A stretch of DNA of 64,000 nt from NCBI GenBank assembly GCA_964016885.1, contig OZ024741.1:102548001-102612000 (forward strand). The letters run 5' to 3'. Position 1 is the first letter of the stretch. The number at the start of each line of letters is the position of its first letter. A model generated the notes under the pieces. The model ran no database searches and had not been told where the DNA came from. It worked only from the letters and a program-made list of their open reading frames with translations. The DNA is from Eledone cirrhosa. Lineage: Eukaryota. Positions 1 through 14,685 of this stretch are shown here, piece by piece. The position numbers were made by a program, and so were the translations under genes.

Positions 1-1
1 T

Positions 2-461
2 GCAATCAGAAAACCACTACTTTCAAAAACAAACGTTGCAAAGCGTTTAGAGTGGAGTAAAAACCTACACAATTGTAACCTAGAGCAGTGGAAAAATGTT
101 ATTTTCTCGGACGAGTCATCCTTTACCTTATTTCGGACCACCGGCCGAATATAGGTGTGGAGACAGCCAAAAGAATCATTTGACCCAGACTGCCTTCTTC
201 CAACTGTTAAACATGGAAGAGGATCTGTGATGATCGGGGGGAGGGGGCGGGAGTTATATCTTGGAAATCCGCCTGCCCAATGGTTTCCCTTCATGGCAGA
301 ATTAATAGTCAAGACTATTTAAGCATTTTATCTGATCAAATTCATTCTATGGTTGCGGAACTCTTTCCGGGGGGAAACGCAATCTTTCAGGATGATAATG
401 CACCAATTCACACAGCTAAAGTTGTTACTGAATGGCACGAGGAACATTCTAGTGAAGTTGA

Positions 462-462
<1 letters not shown>
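2..462 (+). pseudogene. Tc1/mariner-family transposase remnant
   Basis: Translation gives RKPLLSKTNVAKRLEW..WKNVIFSDESSF..PTVKHGRGSVMI, then IFQDDNAPIHTAKVVTEW (first two catalytic D motifs of Tc1). It has an internal stop and a frameshift and is truncated at (AT)n. Confidence 0.9.
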
Positions 463-496
<34 letters not shown>

Positions 497-499
<3 letters not shown>

Positions 500-745
500 A
501 GAAAAAAGAGAATCAGTGTTGCGACGAAAGGAATTTATTGGACATATTACAAATGTTTCTTGAACGATCAGCTCGAGGCACGATCGATATGGTGATCATA
601 CCTGACTCTGAAATCAACACGGTCGTCAGATATGTCTCGATTCTACGAAGCAGATGTTCTTATAGTCCTTTAACATCGAATTTTTTCGATGTAATGTGTC
701 CAATAAATTCCTTTCGTCGCAACACTGATTCTCTTTTTTCTGTGA
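497..745. mobile_element. Small palindromic repeat element in (AT)n; second copy at about 1257-1530
   Basis: About 50-bp inverted arms (CACAGAAAAAAGAGAATCAGTGTTGCGACGAAAGGAATTTATTGGAC) flanked by (AT)n. The internal sequence recurs inverted at 1257-1478. Confidence 0.7.
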
Positions 746-754
746 TATATAAGG

Positions 755-971
755 AACGATCGACTTTCGTCAAATCGGACCGAGGGAACAATGTTTCCGT
801 TGGTCTTTCCAATTGCTAATTCTATCTATCGGTCGCAACTCCAGGTAGAAGGAGCAACGTGAAATAAAGTGTCTTGCTCAAGGACATAACGCATCGCCTG
901 GTCCAAGAATCGAACTCACAACCTTACGATTGCGAATCCAATTCTCTAACCACTCAGCCACACGCCTTCAC
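755..971 (-). mobile_element. tRNA-derived SINE
   Basis: Minus strand GTGAAGGCGTGTGGCTGAGTGGTTAGAG..GTTGTGAGTTCGATTCTTGG contains Pol III A and B boxes, followed by GTCCTTGAGCAAGACACTT. A near-identical head lies at 4251-4330. Confidence 0.8.
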
Positions 972-974
972 TGT

Positions 975-1789
<815 letters not shown>

Positions 1790-2080
1790 TGTAGGTGTGT
1801 GACTCAGTGGTTAGGGCGATGGGCTTACGATCCTGAGGTTATGAGTTCGATTCCCGGATCGGGTGGTGGGTTGTCAGCAAGGCACATTATTTCTTGTAGC
1901 TCCAGTTCACTCAGCTGTAGAAATATGTTGCGTTGTCACTGGTGCCAAGATTTATCGCATTTGGATTGCCCTTGAACAAAAGTGGTGGTGGGAGATGGGG
2001 GACTGGTACAAACTTGCCGGACTTGTACCTCGAATGGGGAACTTTCTAGGTCATTCATGACAAAGGGGTTCTTTACCTAT
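1790..2080 (+). mobile_element. tRNA-derived SINE
   Basis: GTGACTCAGTGGTTAGGGCG..GAGTTCGATTCCCGG gives A and B boxes, followed by a CAGCAAGGCAC core. Confidence 0.75.
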
Positions 2081-2239
2081 ACATTCAATGAAGCGAGATG
2101 TATTTCTTTGCAATTCGTTTTTTTTTTTCTTTAACTGGTTGTGATTTAAACTGGCTATGAATTCAAGATATAATTTATTTTGAATTTGTCGCTGTTAGCG
2201 AACATGCATGATGTTATTGCAGCAGCAACGAACTCCCTC

Positions 2240-2850
2240 TTGCACCAATGGCCAGCCAACACATATAGGAGTAAGATGTCCATGTCCAGAAGCTAGTTCC
2301 CGCCCTCAATGCTAGCTGACACCTCATCACAGGCTGTCTGAAATCTACACCTACGGATCATCCGCATATCCTGGAAGGCATAGCCCCACCAGAGATACGA
2401 CGAAGTGCAGCAAGCAAGAAAGAGCGTCAACAACAAGCTACAGATAAAAAACATCAGTCTGTTCGGCCAAAAGCCGCCTTAAATCTAGGAAAAGTTTCTT
2501 AAAGAGTGTCACATCCCTTGGAACATCAACAATAAGTAGTGAAAGAGTCACTCGCTGAGAAGAAAAACTTAACAACCACTCATCTGTAACAACAATGGAG
2601 CTAAAGTTGAGCGAGGCACTGCCCCCCCCCCCCCCCCCCCCTTCGGGATTAAGATCTCGTGTTGGTCGTGCAAAAGCCAATCTGACAAAATGTGGATATA
2701 TAAAGGATGGGGAGATTGTGTGTGACTACGACATGGAACCATAGACTACGCAGCACCTTCTGATATGCCCCCTGCTGGAACACACAACTGGATTTAGCCG
2801 AGTTTAATGATAAAGGACAGCAATGTTTTCAGTTGTGGCGGAACCATATG
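2240..2850 (+). pseudogene. Non-LTR retrotransposon (RTE-X-like) 3' remnant
   Basis: LITGCLKSTP..ILEGIAPPEIRR and LRSRVGRAKANLTKCGY..VCD..TTQHLLICPLL (C-terminal Cys/His knuckle), with stops and frameshifts. Confidence 0.7.
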
Positions 2851-3335
2851 TGGCCAATCTTTTTAGCCGACACTCTTGTGGAATATGATAGAAAGAAGCA
2901 TAATGCTTTGTGTTGTATTTTTGTAATAATAAACTATAATATTGTTGATTTTTGTGTATTCTAATTAACGTGCTTCAGGGAGATTACATTAACAAATATA
3001 TGACCGAAATTCTTTATTCAGGATATCATAATTTTATTTTACCAGTTGATGATTAGACAAAGTATGTAAAGACCTATATATTATATTTAACATGTGTAAT
3101 CGCAAACGTATATAAAATTAGTTGTTTAAATAATACTGTGGAGAAATGTACGCTTATAATATATTCTTCTTTTTCTTATTGGTTTTTGTGAACACGGTAA
3201 TTGAAATCCCAAGTTGTGAGCCAAGCAATCTAAGCACTAAGCCAATCTCGAGATGTGTATATTCCGTCAGTCTGTTTTACTCCAGAAATGAGACAGACTT
3301 AGACACTCCACTCGCCATAATATTACACACACCCA

Positions 3336-3432
<97 letters not shown>

Positions 3433-4250
3433 AATTAGCTTTTGAATCATTTTTAATTCGTTATACATTTTCAAGAGTTATATATCAAATTATTGGGACA
3501 ATCTTACGTGAAAATTCGTATAATCAAGATCTATACATACAAAACGATATGCAGATATAGTTTGTACTTCTCCAGCTTCAGAAGATTAAAAAATACGTAT
3601 ATATATCTATAGTGATCGGTTTAGCCATTTGTCGGTCTATGTATGACTCTATGTGTGTAATGTATGAGTGTATGTATATTTGTTCATATGTATGTATTCC
3701 AACAACTTGAATACTCGTCGTCGGAACAACATATTTCAGTTTAAACGTTGATAAAAGATAGCACAACTTAAATACTGAACCACAAATCACACCGTGTTGC
3801 CACTGTTCGGAGCAACGAGTTGTTCTACCGACCGTTGTTTATTTTCAGTGATATGTGTACAAGGTTGTTTCTGTAATAAACTTCCTAGCCAGGAATACAA
3901 CAGTTTTTCTATCAGTTATTCAATAGAAGAAGAGCACTGCGCATGAAGGTTCTAGATTTTCAGATTTAGGATATTGATGTAGTCCATACCCAGCCTCAGT
4001 AGAGTGGCCAAATCCATAAAACGCGGGATAAAATATATCGTGCAGTGTAAAGTTATAGCACTTTAAAGTTCTGATTTCAAATCGCATCAAGCTCAACGTT
4101 TCTGTCCCTCATTCCGCGGTCGATTAAATAAAGTATTAGTCAAGTGTGAAGTCGAATTACTGATGTTGTATTTAAATTAGAAACTATTACAATTAAGGGC
4201 AATATCGGTAGGGATTCAGAGAAAATTCTTTGCGATATTTAATTAGGACT

Positions 4251-4330
4251 CATCGCCTGGTCCAGGAATCGAACTCACAACCTTACGATTGCGAATCCAA
4301 TTCTCTAACCACTCAGCCACACGCCTTCAC
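4251..4330 (-). mobile_element. tRNA-derived SINE head
   Basis: Nearly identical to 892-971. Confidence 0.75.
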
Positions 4331-4344
4331 AAAAATGGGTAGAA

Positions 4345-5223
<879 letters not shown>

Positions 5224-5328
5224 AAATAAATTTAGTTAAATTAAATTAAAGGAGTCATGTCCGAGACATGCGCCATATCCACTGTAGAATAAGCCCAAAG
5301 ATTCCACTGAATAGATCCGAGCATTTTA

Positions 5329-5687
5329 TATCACCTAGAAATTGATTGACATATATATATATATTTAAAATAAACACATGAAACAATCCCAGGGGATAAT
5401 TTGTAAAGTGTGTAATCACACACAGCTAGGTAGGTAACTAATTAAAGTTTAACTAGATCTTCAAATATTACCTTTTAAAAAATGATTTTTTAGTGAAATA
5501 TATTTCTTTCATGAAATATATACAAGGAGGATTAATCATTTTTTAAAAGGTAATATTTGAAGATCTAGTTAAACTTTAATTAGTTACCTACCTAGCTGTG
5601 TGTGATTACACAATTTACAAATTATCCCCTGTGATTGTTTCATGTGTTTATTTTAAATATATATATATATGTCAATCAATATCTAGT

Positions 5688-5692
<5 letters not shown>
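5329..5692. repeat. Inverted repeat with arms of about 160 bp
   Basis: 5329-5487 is the reverse complement of 5534-5692, with a spacer of about 45 bp. Confidence 0.85.
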
Positions 5693-5721
<29 letters not shown>

Positions 5722-5816
5722 GTAGAAGACTGGAAGGTAATATCCGTAGTGGTAGAGCACTCAGTCCATGGGACGAGTTAGGTAGAAGTGGTTAGATAAC
5801 AGTTAGTTCACCATAC

Positions 5817-5854
5817 TGAGAACAATTGTTTCATCTTAGCGGATCCTCAGCTCG
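5817..5854 (-). ncRNA. Minimal type I hammerhead inside a small palindrome (about 5787-5915)
   Basis: Minus strand CGAG-CTGAGGA-TCCGCTAAGAT-GAAAC-AATT-GTT-CTC, with palindromic stem III ACAATTGT. Same family as 23847-23880. Confidence 0.65.
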
Positions 5855-5932
5855 TAATCTGCTAAGGTTAAATAATTGTTCTCGGTATGGTGAACTAACT
5901 GTTGTGTAACCACTTATATATATATATGCACA

Positions 5933-6722
5933 TTTTAGCACAGCATCAAAGAAGCTTTTGGCAGCAGCGAAGCTAACGAATGCAGATTCAGTGTACAGCT
6001 AAGCACTCAATGGAGGATATTACCCCAGAGTTATAACATTACGTTTAGACAGCTTTGCAAATCAAATACAGCGACTGATAGCCGTGCCGCATTGCCATAG
6101 CGACGATAAAAACTGAACTCAGGAAAAATCTTTGACTGACCTGGATCGTGACGTAGACATCAAATGCAACACATAACGTATATCATACAATATACATCAC
6201 ATATAACATATAACATCTCCGCTAGGTTTCTGTAAATCCGAGATCGACAAATTCCACTTGCAGGTGTCTACAAGTTAATGGATTTTGACGTCAGAACAAA
6301 GGAGTTTACTTTGTCAACAAGTTTTTTGTTCTATTCCTCAACGGGTGTATTTTCTAGCAGTAAACTTCGCTAGAGACACGTGGTTTTCCCAAAAGGAGAT
6401 ACCCCCGTTTTGGCGGTCAATTCGAAATTTGGGGCAGAGGAATAAAATTCCTTTAGACAAACCGAATTAAGCACTCAACTAGAAGTTATCAAACAAACAT
6501 AAACAATTAATCAATCAATAGAATTGTCTAATTAAATTAATCAGTTAATCGTTAATTCTAGGAGTTAATAATACAAATTTTAGTACAGCATCATCGAAGC
6601 TTTTGGCAGCAGCCAAGCTAACGAATGCATATTCAGTGTACAGCTAAGCACTCAATGGAGGATAATACCCCAGAGTTATAACATTACGTTTAGACAGCTT
6701 TGCAAATCAAATACAGCGACCG

Positions 6723-6725
<3 letters not shown>
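5933..6725. mobile_element. Element with direct terminal repeats of about 147 bp between (AT)n tracts
   Basis: 5933-6079 matches 6579-6725 (period about 646 bp). No coding signature. Confidence 0.65.
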
Positions 6726-6774
<49 letters not shown>

Positions 6775-6779
<5 letters not shown>

Positions 6780-8887
6780 TCAGGTTATCAATAATGTAGT
6801 GATAATATATCGTTACGTTAGAGATGAACAGCGTACGTGCAGGTTTGCTCAACGAGTATAAATTATATTCTGGAGAAAATGTAGAAAGGATGAATATAAA
6901 ATGAAAGTGCTTTTTTTAAAAAAGGAATTTATTAGGTATTGACATATGTTTCTGTAACAGACTGAATACCTATGTATCGCTGCTTGCGTAATCATATAAT
7001 GTTAGCAAGTATTCGATAGCAAATGTATAATCAGTTATCACTTCTTCAGAGATTTTGGATAAATTGGATAAAATCAGAAACATTGAAGTATTTATATTAG
7101 TAATAGAGGAAGAAACAGAGGGGATAGTATATGACAGATGGTAAATTAATTTACTGCTAAACAAGTATATAATGGGTTTCTAATGAGAATACCATGAGTA
7201 AATCTAAATAAGAATGTTGGGAGTGCCAATTTTAATCTCTACTTGACCAACTGGACAGTGGACAGGGCTGGTCATTTGGTGCAGTAGTATTAATTATAAA
7301 GTGTCAATTGGGGAAGGGGGAGATTTCGATTGCTACTAAATAACATCAATGCTAGTAGCCAGCTGGTATATGCATTAGGGAATTGAATCAAGAAATCAGA
7401 AATCTCATTTTATCTATAGCAGTTTGTATTAAAAGGTAAATAATAGAAGAGTTGATAGAATTAAGACTAATAAAGAATGTTAATATCTATTTTGACAATC
7501 AAACGGGGATAGAGACAGGCGTTCAATCCTGGTAGTATTTATAATATGAAAATGTAGATTTTAAGCGATGGTTACAGTATAACGATCGCTCTATTCTGTT
7601 ATTTAATAAAATGTTTTTGGATTTCATAATACAAAATAATTCTACATTACATAATTTACAAAATTCCTGTCCATGGGAATATGGGGGAGCATAACCCATT
7701 TTAGGTGAAATTGTTGGTTATTTTCACGCAGCTGCCAAGCCTTGTCTGCGAGTGTTGTTACATAACGCTGGTTTTCATGTTTTATCGAGTAACGATGTCT
7801 ATAAAGGCGTGATTTGAAGGAGGTGGCTGTAGATCCCACATAGTACCACTTCTGTCTATCCGATTCGATAGTACATTTGTATACGATGTTGCGTTCAAGA
7901 CACTGATTGTTCAATGGACACATTCCTGGTTGGACACAGTTGCAATTATAATTTTGCGTTGTTGTATTGCCATGGATGGGTTGATGAGGTTGCTTATGTA
8001 GGACAGCGTTATGTAACAACACTCGCAGACAAGGCTTGGCAGCTGCGTGAAAATAACCAACAATTTCACCTAAAATGGGATATGCTCCCCCATATTCCCA
8101 TGGACAGGAATTTTGTAAATTATGTAATGTAGAATTATTTTGTATTATGAAATCCAAAAACATTTTATTAAATAACAGAATAGAGCGATCGTTATACTGT
8201 AACCATCGCTTAAAATCTACATTTTCATATTATAAATACTACCAGGATTGAACGCCTGTCTCTATCCCCGTTTGATTGTCAAAATAGATATTAACATTCT
8301 TTATTAGTCTTAATTCTATCAACTCTTCTATTATTTACCTTTTAATACAAACTGCTATAGATAAAATGAGATTTCTGATTTCTTGATTCAATTCCCTAAT
8401 GCATATACCAGCTGGCTACTAGCATTGATGTTATTTAGTAGCAATCGAAATCTCCCCCTTCCCTAATTGACACTTTATAATTAATACTACTGCACCAAAT
8501 GACCATCCCTGTCCACTGTCCAGTTGGTCAAGTAGAGATTAAAATTGGCACTCCCAACATTCTTATTTAGATTTACTCATGGTATTCTCATTAGAAACCC
8601 ATTATATACTTGTTTAGCAGTAAATTAATTTACCATCTGTCATATACTATCCCCTCTGTTTCTTCCTCTATTACTAATATAAATACTTCAATTTTTCTGA
8701 TTTTATCCAATTTATCCAAAATCTCTGAAGAAGTGACAACTTATTATACATTTGCTATCGAATACTTGCTAACATTATATGATTACGCAAGCAGCGATAC
8801 ATAGGTATTCAGTCTGTTACAGAAACATATGTCAATACCTAATAAATTCCTTTTTTAAAAAAAGCACTTTCATTTTATATTCATCCT

Positions 8888-8892
<5 letters not shown>
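6775..8892. mobile_element. Neptune-type PLE family C, palindromic insertion
   Basis: Inverted arms at about 6888-7770 and 8004-8892 with a GIY-YIG fragment in the centre. Both 3' ends abut (AT)n. Confidence 0.9.
7523..7990 (-). pseudogene. PLE GIY-YIG endonuclease remnant (family C)
   Basis: CNCVQPGMCPLNNQCLERNIVYKC..YYVGSTATSFKSRLYRH..TLADKAWQL, then after a frameshift FCKLCNVE..LLNNRIE..CNH. Confidence 0.9.
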
Positions 8893-8935
<43 letters not shown>

Positions 8936-9993
8936 CCCGGACTAACTGGGTCTTTAAAATAATTATAGTCTATTTGCACTCTTTATTGAGTTTTGCTACC
9001 TTTGATTGATGTGGTGGCTTTTCCCGGCTGCGCGATGGGCGCTCGGAAATTTCTGCCTTCCTTGAGTGCTTGGAAAAATAAATTTCCCCTCTTTCGGTAA
9101 ACGAAATTAGTCGCAGCGGTTTGCTTTGCCCCGGGCCCCCCGCGCCGCCTGTTTTGACCGCCATATTATACTTATACATATAAACTCTAGGCTTAGGCAC
9201 AACTGTTAGCTGTATCATGCCTCTACTGGCAGGTAAATAAACCCCTCATGTGTGAATTAATAGTATTCGTTTGGTATTGACGATGGCCTGTCGAAATTGT
9301 AGACTTCCCGCTAGCACACCCGGGGCCTAGTGTAGCTATGTTCCTAGAGTACTCGGAAAAATTAATTTCCATTTCTTTCGCTGGACGATCCCACTCGAAA
9401 CTGGCTGACACGTGGTTAGGAGGTGCTGGCTGGGCCTCACATTCGAAGGCTTTAATCTTTATCTCACCCTGATATCTTATCGAGATTAACTTTTTCATAT
9501 AAGACTCTCTCTGTAAGTTCATTAAATAATGTTTTTATTTATTTTCCAATCGTCAATTTTTTAATTCAATTTCATCCTATAACTCGTAACATAAGTTTAA
9601 CGTTCCAAATTTCTGTTCACACATTAGACCATACAGACATCCATTATATATGCCTTTGTTAAAATATAGATTCTTTAGAATAACGTTTTTCGCGGCGTTT
9701 TCTAGCTTGACTGTAGTGTGACCTTTACGCTGACTTCTTTCTTTCTCTTTTTTCTTTTTCTTTCTTCTCTCTTTCTTTCTTTCTTTCTTCCTCTTTTTTT
9801 AATTTTTATTCTTTGACGGAGAGTGGTAATACATTATCGACCCCTCACCAGATGGTCATTAGCAGATCGAGTTGCCATCACTTTGAGGGTGACTGGCCGA
9901 GGTGAAGACAGCTAGTTGGTCAGTCGTCCTCTCTGTCTCTGATTTTTCGGACCCATGCTTTTTACATATACATATTCCTTTGTTAAATTTCAA

Positions 9994-10051
9994 ATATCTG
10001 ATGATATCACCGGATTCATATGGAACCCGGTCATTGAAATGATCATAGTAT
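9994..10051 (+). ncRNA. Type I hammerhead ribozyme
   Basis: ATAT-CTGATGA-TATCACCGG..CCGGTCATT-GAAA-TGATC-ATA-GTAT, with palindromic stem III ATGATCAT. It lies about 48 nt upstream of an (AT)n tract. Confidence 0.7.
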
Positions 10052-10090
10052 AATAAACCTTTCAAGGATTTACACTAGTCCAGCGTCCTG

Positions 10091-10176
<86 letters not shown>

Positions 10177-11361
10177 CGAAGAGATGGTTAGATAGATGTA
10201 AAATGTAAAACTCCCCTGAGACTAACTTTTCATCTATCCATATTTATGACTACATATACATGCATTTAGCGAACCGGCTTCAAGACTTTTCCAAAACATG
10301 TGATATTGTTCTACCTAAAATTGAGAAATTATTATTACTTACAATGTCCCTGTATTATAATTACTATATCTTTGCACCGAAATTAGATGAAATGCAATGT
10401 TATATACACATCTAATTTTCTCAACCAATTTGCACTAGTCGAAATTCACACACTTTCTCTCTCTCCGCCTCCTCTCTCTCTTACATTCCTTCCTATCATT
10501 TTAAAGATCTATAGAAGGCAGTATGGAATCGACTAATTCTAGAGCTTTGGCCACCGTTTCTTTCTCTAGGGGTACTTTCCCCGATTTCCTTAACTATTAT
10601 TTGTAGTGATTGACTATTATCCAATTACATTGGAACGTATACATTTCACACATACACACACATACACACACGCACACACACACACACGCGCACACACACA
10701 TATACCCCCCCCCCCCCCCCGTACACACCCACATATACATATATATCACATCACACGAGTGTCTTATGCCTGCAAACATTTTCTGCTCAATTTGACATTT
10801 CATTCATCATGAATTGATGAATCTTATAGGTCAAATATATATATCCATTACTACTGTCATTCTGCGCATTATATGTAGATATAGCGGAGCACAAGCAGCA
10901 GTTATCTCACTCAATGGATATTGTATCATAAATATAATATTGATTATGAATACACAAGATGTTTCTTTAAAATACTTTTATTTCATAACATATTTTGATT
11001 TCGTTTCATACTTCTCTTGTTAGTTTTCTTTTCGTATTTTTCATCCCACGGATCAGTGAATCATTGTAGAGTCTCAGTTTTATTTAGACTTTTGCTAATG
11101 AGTTGGCAATTTGTGATTTTACGCATCTCTATGGAAACCTTCTGTAATTACCTTAGTGGCTATTTTTCATCTTCAATCCTGTAATAAAGGTCACAGTAAC
11201 AACATTGATTATGAACTTTCTTTGAAGATTAGAGATACAACAGTTTTCTTTAGATTAAAACAGGAAATAATTTCATTAAAACACATAAAACACTGTATTT
11301 CTTCTCAATCAATAATCGAGCAAATTGTAATCAGCATTAATTGGACGACTTTTTGTAACAA

Positions 11362-11620
11362 AAAATGTTGTTATCAAGTTTTGGAGAGAATCATTTTATT
11401 AGTATCTACATTTATTAAGAGTGGAAACAAAAGTGATGAGTAACGTTATGTATCATAAATTATTACATAGCTATCATCAACATTTTATATTAAAAAAAAT
11501 GTTGATGTTAGCTATGTAATAATTTATGATACATAACGTTACTCATCACTTTTGTTTCCACTCTTATATAGCTGTAGATACTAATAAATTGATTCTCTCC
11601 AAAACTTGATAACACATTTT
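11362..11620. repeat. Fold-back inverted repeat with arms of about 125 bp
   Basis: ..CAAAAGTGATGAGTAACGTTATGTATCATAAAT.. and its reverse complement flank a spacer of about 12 nt near 11490. Confidence 0.85.
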
Positions 11621-14248
11621 GAGAAAATTGTTACTTGTGTCTGTGCCTATACGATTTCTTCTAACGGAAAATACATGCTTCACATATAAATACCATATTA
11701 ATCTTAATAGAACTCATTCAAAGAAAGTGAGTAGATTAATATTTTTAAAATATGCTATTTTGTATGTCATATACACATACAATATAATTTGTACCATGTA
11801 GTACTATGTTCCATTCAACCGTTCTTGTGGGAAATAGAATTAGCCTTTAAGCAAATTGGTCGTGAAGCGAATTCTCTGTAGCAGACACTGCTTTGGCAAA
11901 GGTCATTCTTAAATAATAGACTTTTAATATAAATATACCTCCCTGGTATAGCAGTGGTGTATTGGGAACAAATACACTACCTTGACATCAAGATCAAAGT
12001 CATCATAATGTGGAAGATACTCAGTGCATTATCAATATCTGTTGGTAGTATTGTATTATAATCGTCATAAATGTATACAGATTTTAAACAAAATGATCGT
12101 TAAGTGAGGAGTAGCTGGCTCTACGGTTATTGTTGCCTGTCTATTCTGCTGAGGTTAATGTTGACATCTACGGGCGCCAACATAAAACACCCATCAAACA
12201 CTGCTGTTGATCGAATAACCTATATTGTCCCAGTAAAATTTGTTCAATTTTACCTACGTTAAACATCATGGATAATATTACGCTTGGTATTAGCATACTG
12301 CAGAAAGCTGGGTTTTGAAGGTACTTGTTCCACCTTCCCTGTAATACGTTGGTTCCTTACATGTGTTTATTTAACTGAGTTGATATTACTTGTTCCACCT
12401 TAGCTGCAATAATATACGTTTGTTCCTTACGTGTATATATTTAACTGGAGTTAAAATCTTAATCGTTCTTTTAATGCCAGATAACGAAAAACAAACGATT
12501 AGGCGAGTGATTGGTTTTAACTGTCTCAACCCACATATAGTCCCGTCTAATGTAAACTGACACAATCGCTTTAAGCGATAAGTGGGACCTCTACTTGATA
12601 TCTAATTTCAATAAAGAATACTGAGCTAGAGGATATATAAGTGTCTTGGTGTTGAGAACAACAAGATATTTATAAGTGATAACGTAGGAAATGTCGGCAA
12701 ATGGGCGGTGGTTCGACAATGTGACGTCTCAATTAGCTGAGACTTTTCATAAATAGGATATTTAACCAATATTATTTTGACATGGAGTCAAGAGGAATAT
12801 GATATCCCGGAGTATTCTATCTGATATAAAAGGATTTTTTTTTTAATACAAAAAAATAATTCAGCAAATTGATGTCAATGTCAGCGTTAAAGGATTGAGA
12901 ATGATAAATTAATAAATTATTCGCTCAAAACAGATTTCCCCGCTGCTAATTTGATTTCTTCCTGTTTAAAAGAACCTTGACTGGCAGCAGTTCTTAATAA
13001 AATTTCTACAACGGTTTAATTTTATGTTTTCTTTTACGTCTAATTAATCAATTAATCAAAAGAGTAAATGCTACTTTAAAGCTCAAGTTGTATAGGTCCC
13101 CTAAAAAGAAGCTACCTGCTTACATTTTTTGTTTATTAAATAGATCTGAAGTTAGTAGTAGTATATCCCACATAGTGAGTTGTCATGTATGTAAACGTGT
13201 TTTGCAAGCAGAATAACGAAGGACTGTGATGAATTATGTAGCCAGATTTTGTATAAAGAACATATATTTCATTTGGGAAATTACGTTGTATTCAACAAAA
13301 CAAACAATAGAGGAAATTTGAGACAATAGTCTTTAAAATAGATAAAATATGCATTAATGATATATCAAACCATTTTTCATGTGCGGCTTAATGATAGCCC
13401 AATGAAGATTAAATTGTTAATTATAATCGCTAATGTGAATTTTGATAAAAGAATTAATTTGATACGAAGAGTAAATTGTCTTCCACGCATGTATATTTCT
13501 AATCAGTTGGCTACATAACGTATTCTGGCGGTCTTGAACCGTTTCAGATTGTAAGTGAATTTATAACATTGATGTTCAAGGTGCCGGGAAAATGAAACAT
13601 GTTTTTCTCATTTTAAAATAATTCAAGCGCATGCATAATTATGTTGTTGAGGTGTTCGCTTCTCAATCAGATGTTTCAGCGTTCTGACTCACTCCGAGAC
13701 ACGTTGAGCGTCTTCTAGCATAGTCACGTGTTGACTAATGAGTTGTGAGTGGAATTGTGTAGACGGAAACTGCAGAAGCGTTTCTTCTTCTTCTTCTTGC
13801 TCGTGGTCTATCTCTGGGGCTCCTACCAGTTGACTTTGTCTGTAAAATATGTACAACTGTTCTTTCCTTTAACATTCTTACCACATGTCTGCAGTAACGG
13901 AGATGTGATCTCTCGGTTCGGAGGAGTGGTGGCTCTACCTAGAGCGACTCTCTAATCTCCGAGCTACCCAAACTATGGGTAACGTTACACAAAAGATCCC
14001 CCGAAGGAACCCTATTTCAGTCACTTTTATTTCTGATCGTATTCTTTCGGTTATTACTCAAGATTGGGGACCATAGATAATTGTAGGTAAGTTTGCGCAT
14101 TCTTCAAATATTGGTTTTTTCCAATGATTTCTTCTTCCGCAAATGAAACCATGGTAGGGAAATCGATATATAGTGACATTGGATAAAATTAGTTTTGGTC
14201 TGTCTGGCTTATACTCCCATAAACAGAGTTTTTTTTAAACTTAAATTT

Positions 14249-14326
<78 letters not shown>

Positions 14327-14335
14327 AAATTTAAG

Positions 14336-14684
<349 letters not shown>

Positions 14685-14685
14685 G

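Noticed and set aside
900-971. tRNA gene calls for A/B-box sequences (also 1795-1862 and 4258-4330)
   Set aside because: They continue into SINE bodies and lack a clean acceptor stem and terminator.
8725-8833. Hammerhead-like motif in family C (CTGAAGA..GAAAC-ATAT-GTC), mirrored at about 6939-7049
   Set aside because: The core and palindromic stem III are present, but stem I (AAATCT vs AATACC) does not pair. It is probably decayed, so not called.
6888-8892. Long inverted arms as DNA-transposon TIRs (Foldback or Polinton-like)
   Set aside because: The arms contain GIY-YIG coding ends and UTRs of PLEs and have unequal tails. No transposase is present.
12323-12452. Two-copy tandem repeat of about 64 bp
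   Set aside because: It is a simple local duplication with no spacer structure, so it is not CRISPR-like.
14126-14164. GATTTCTT..GAAAC-CATG-GTA-GGGAAATC hammerhead remnant
   Set aside because: Stems I and III fit, but the CUGANGA core is deleted.
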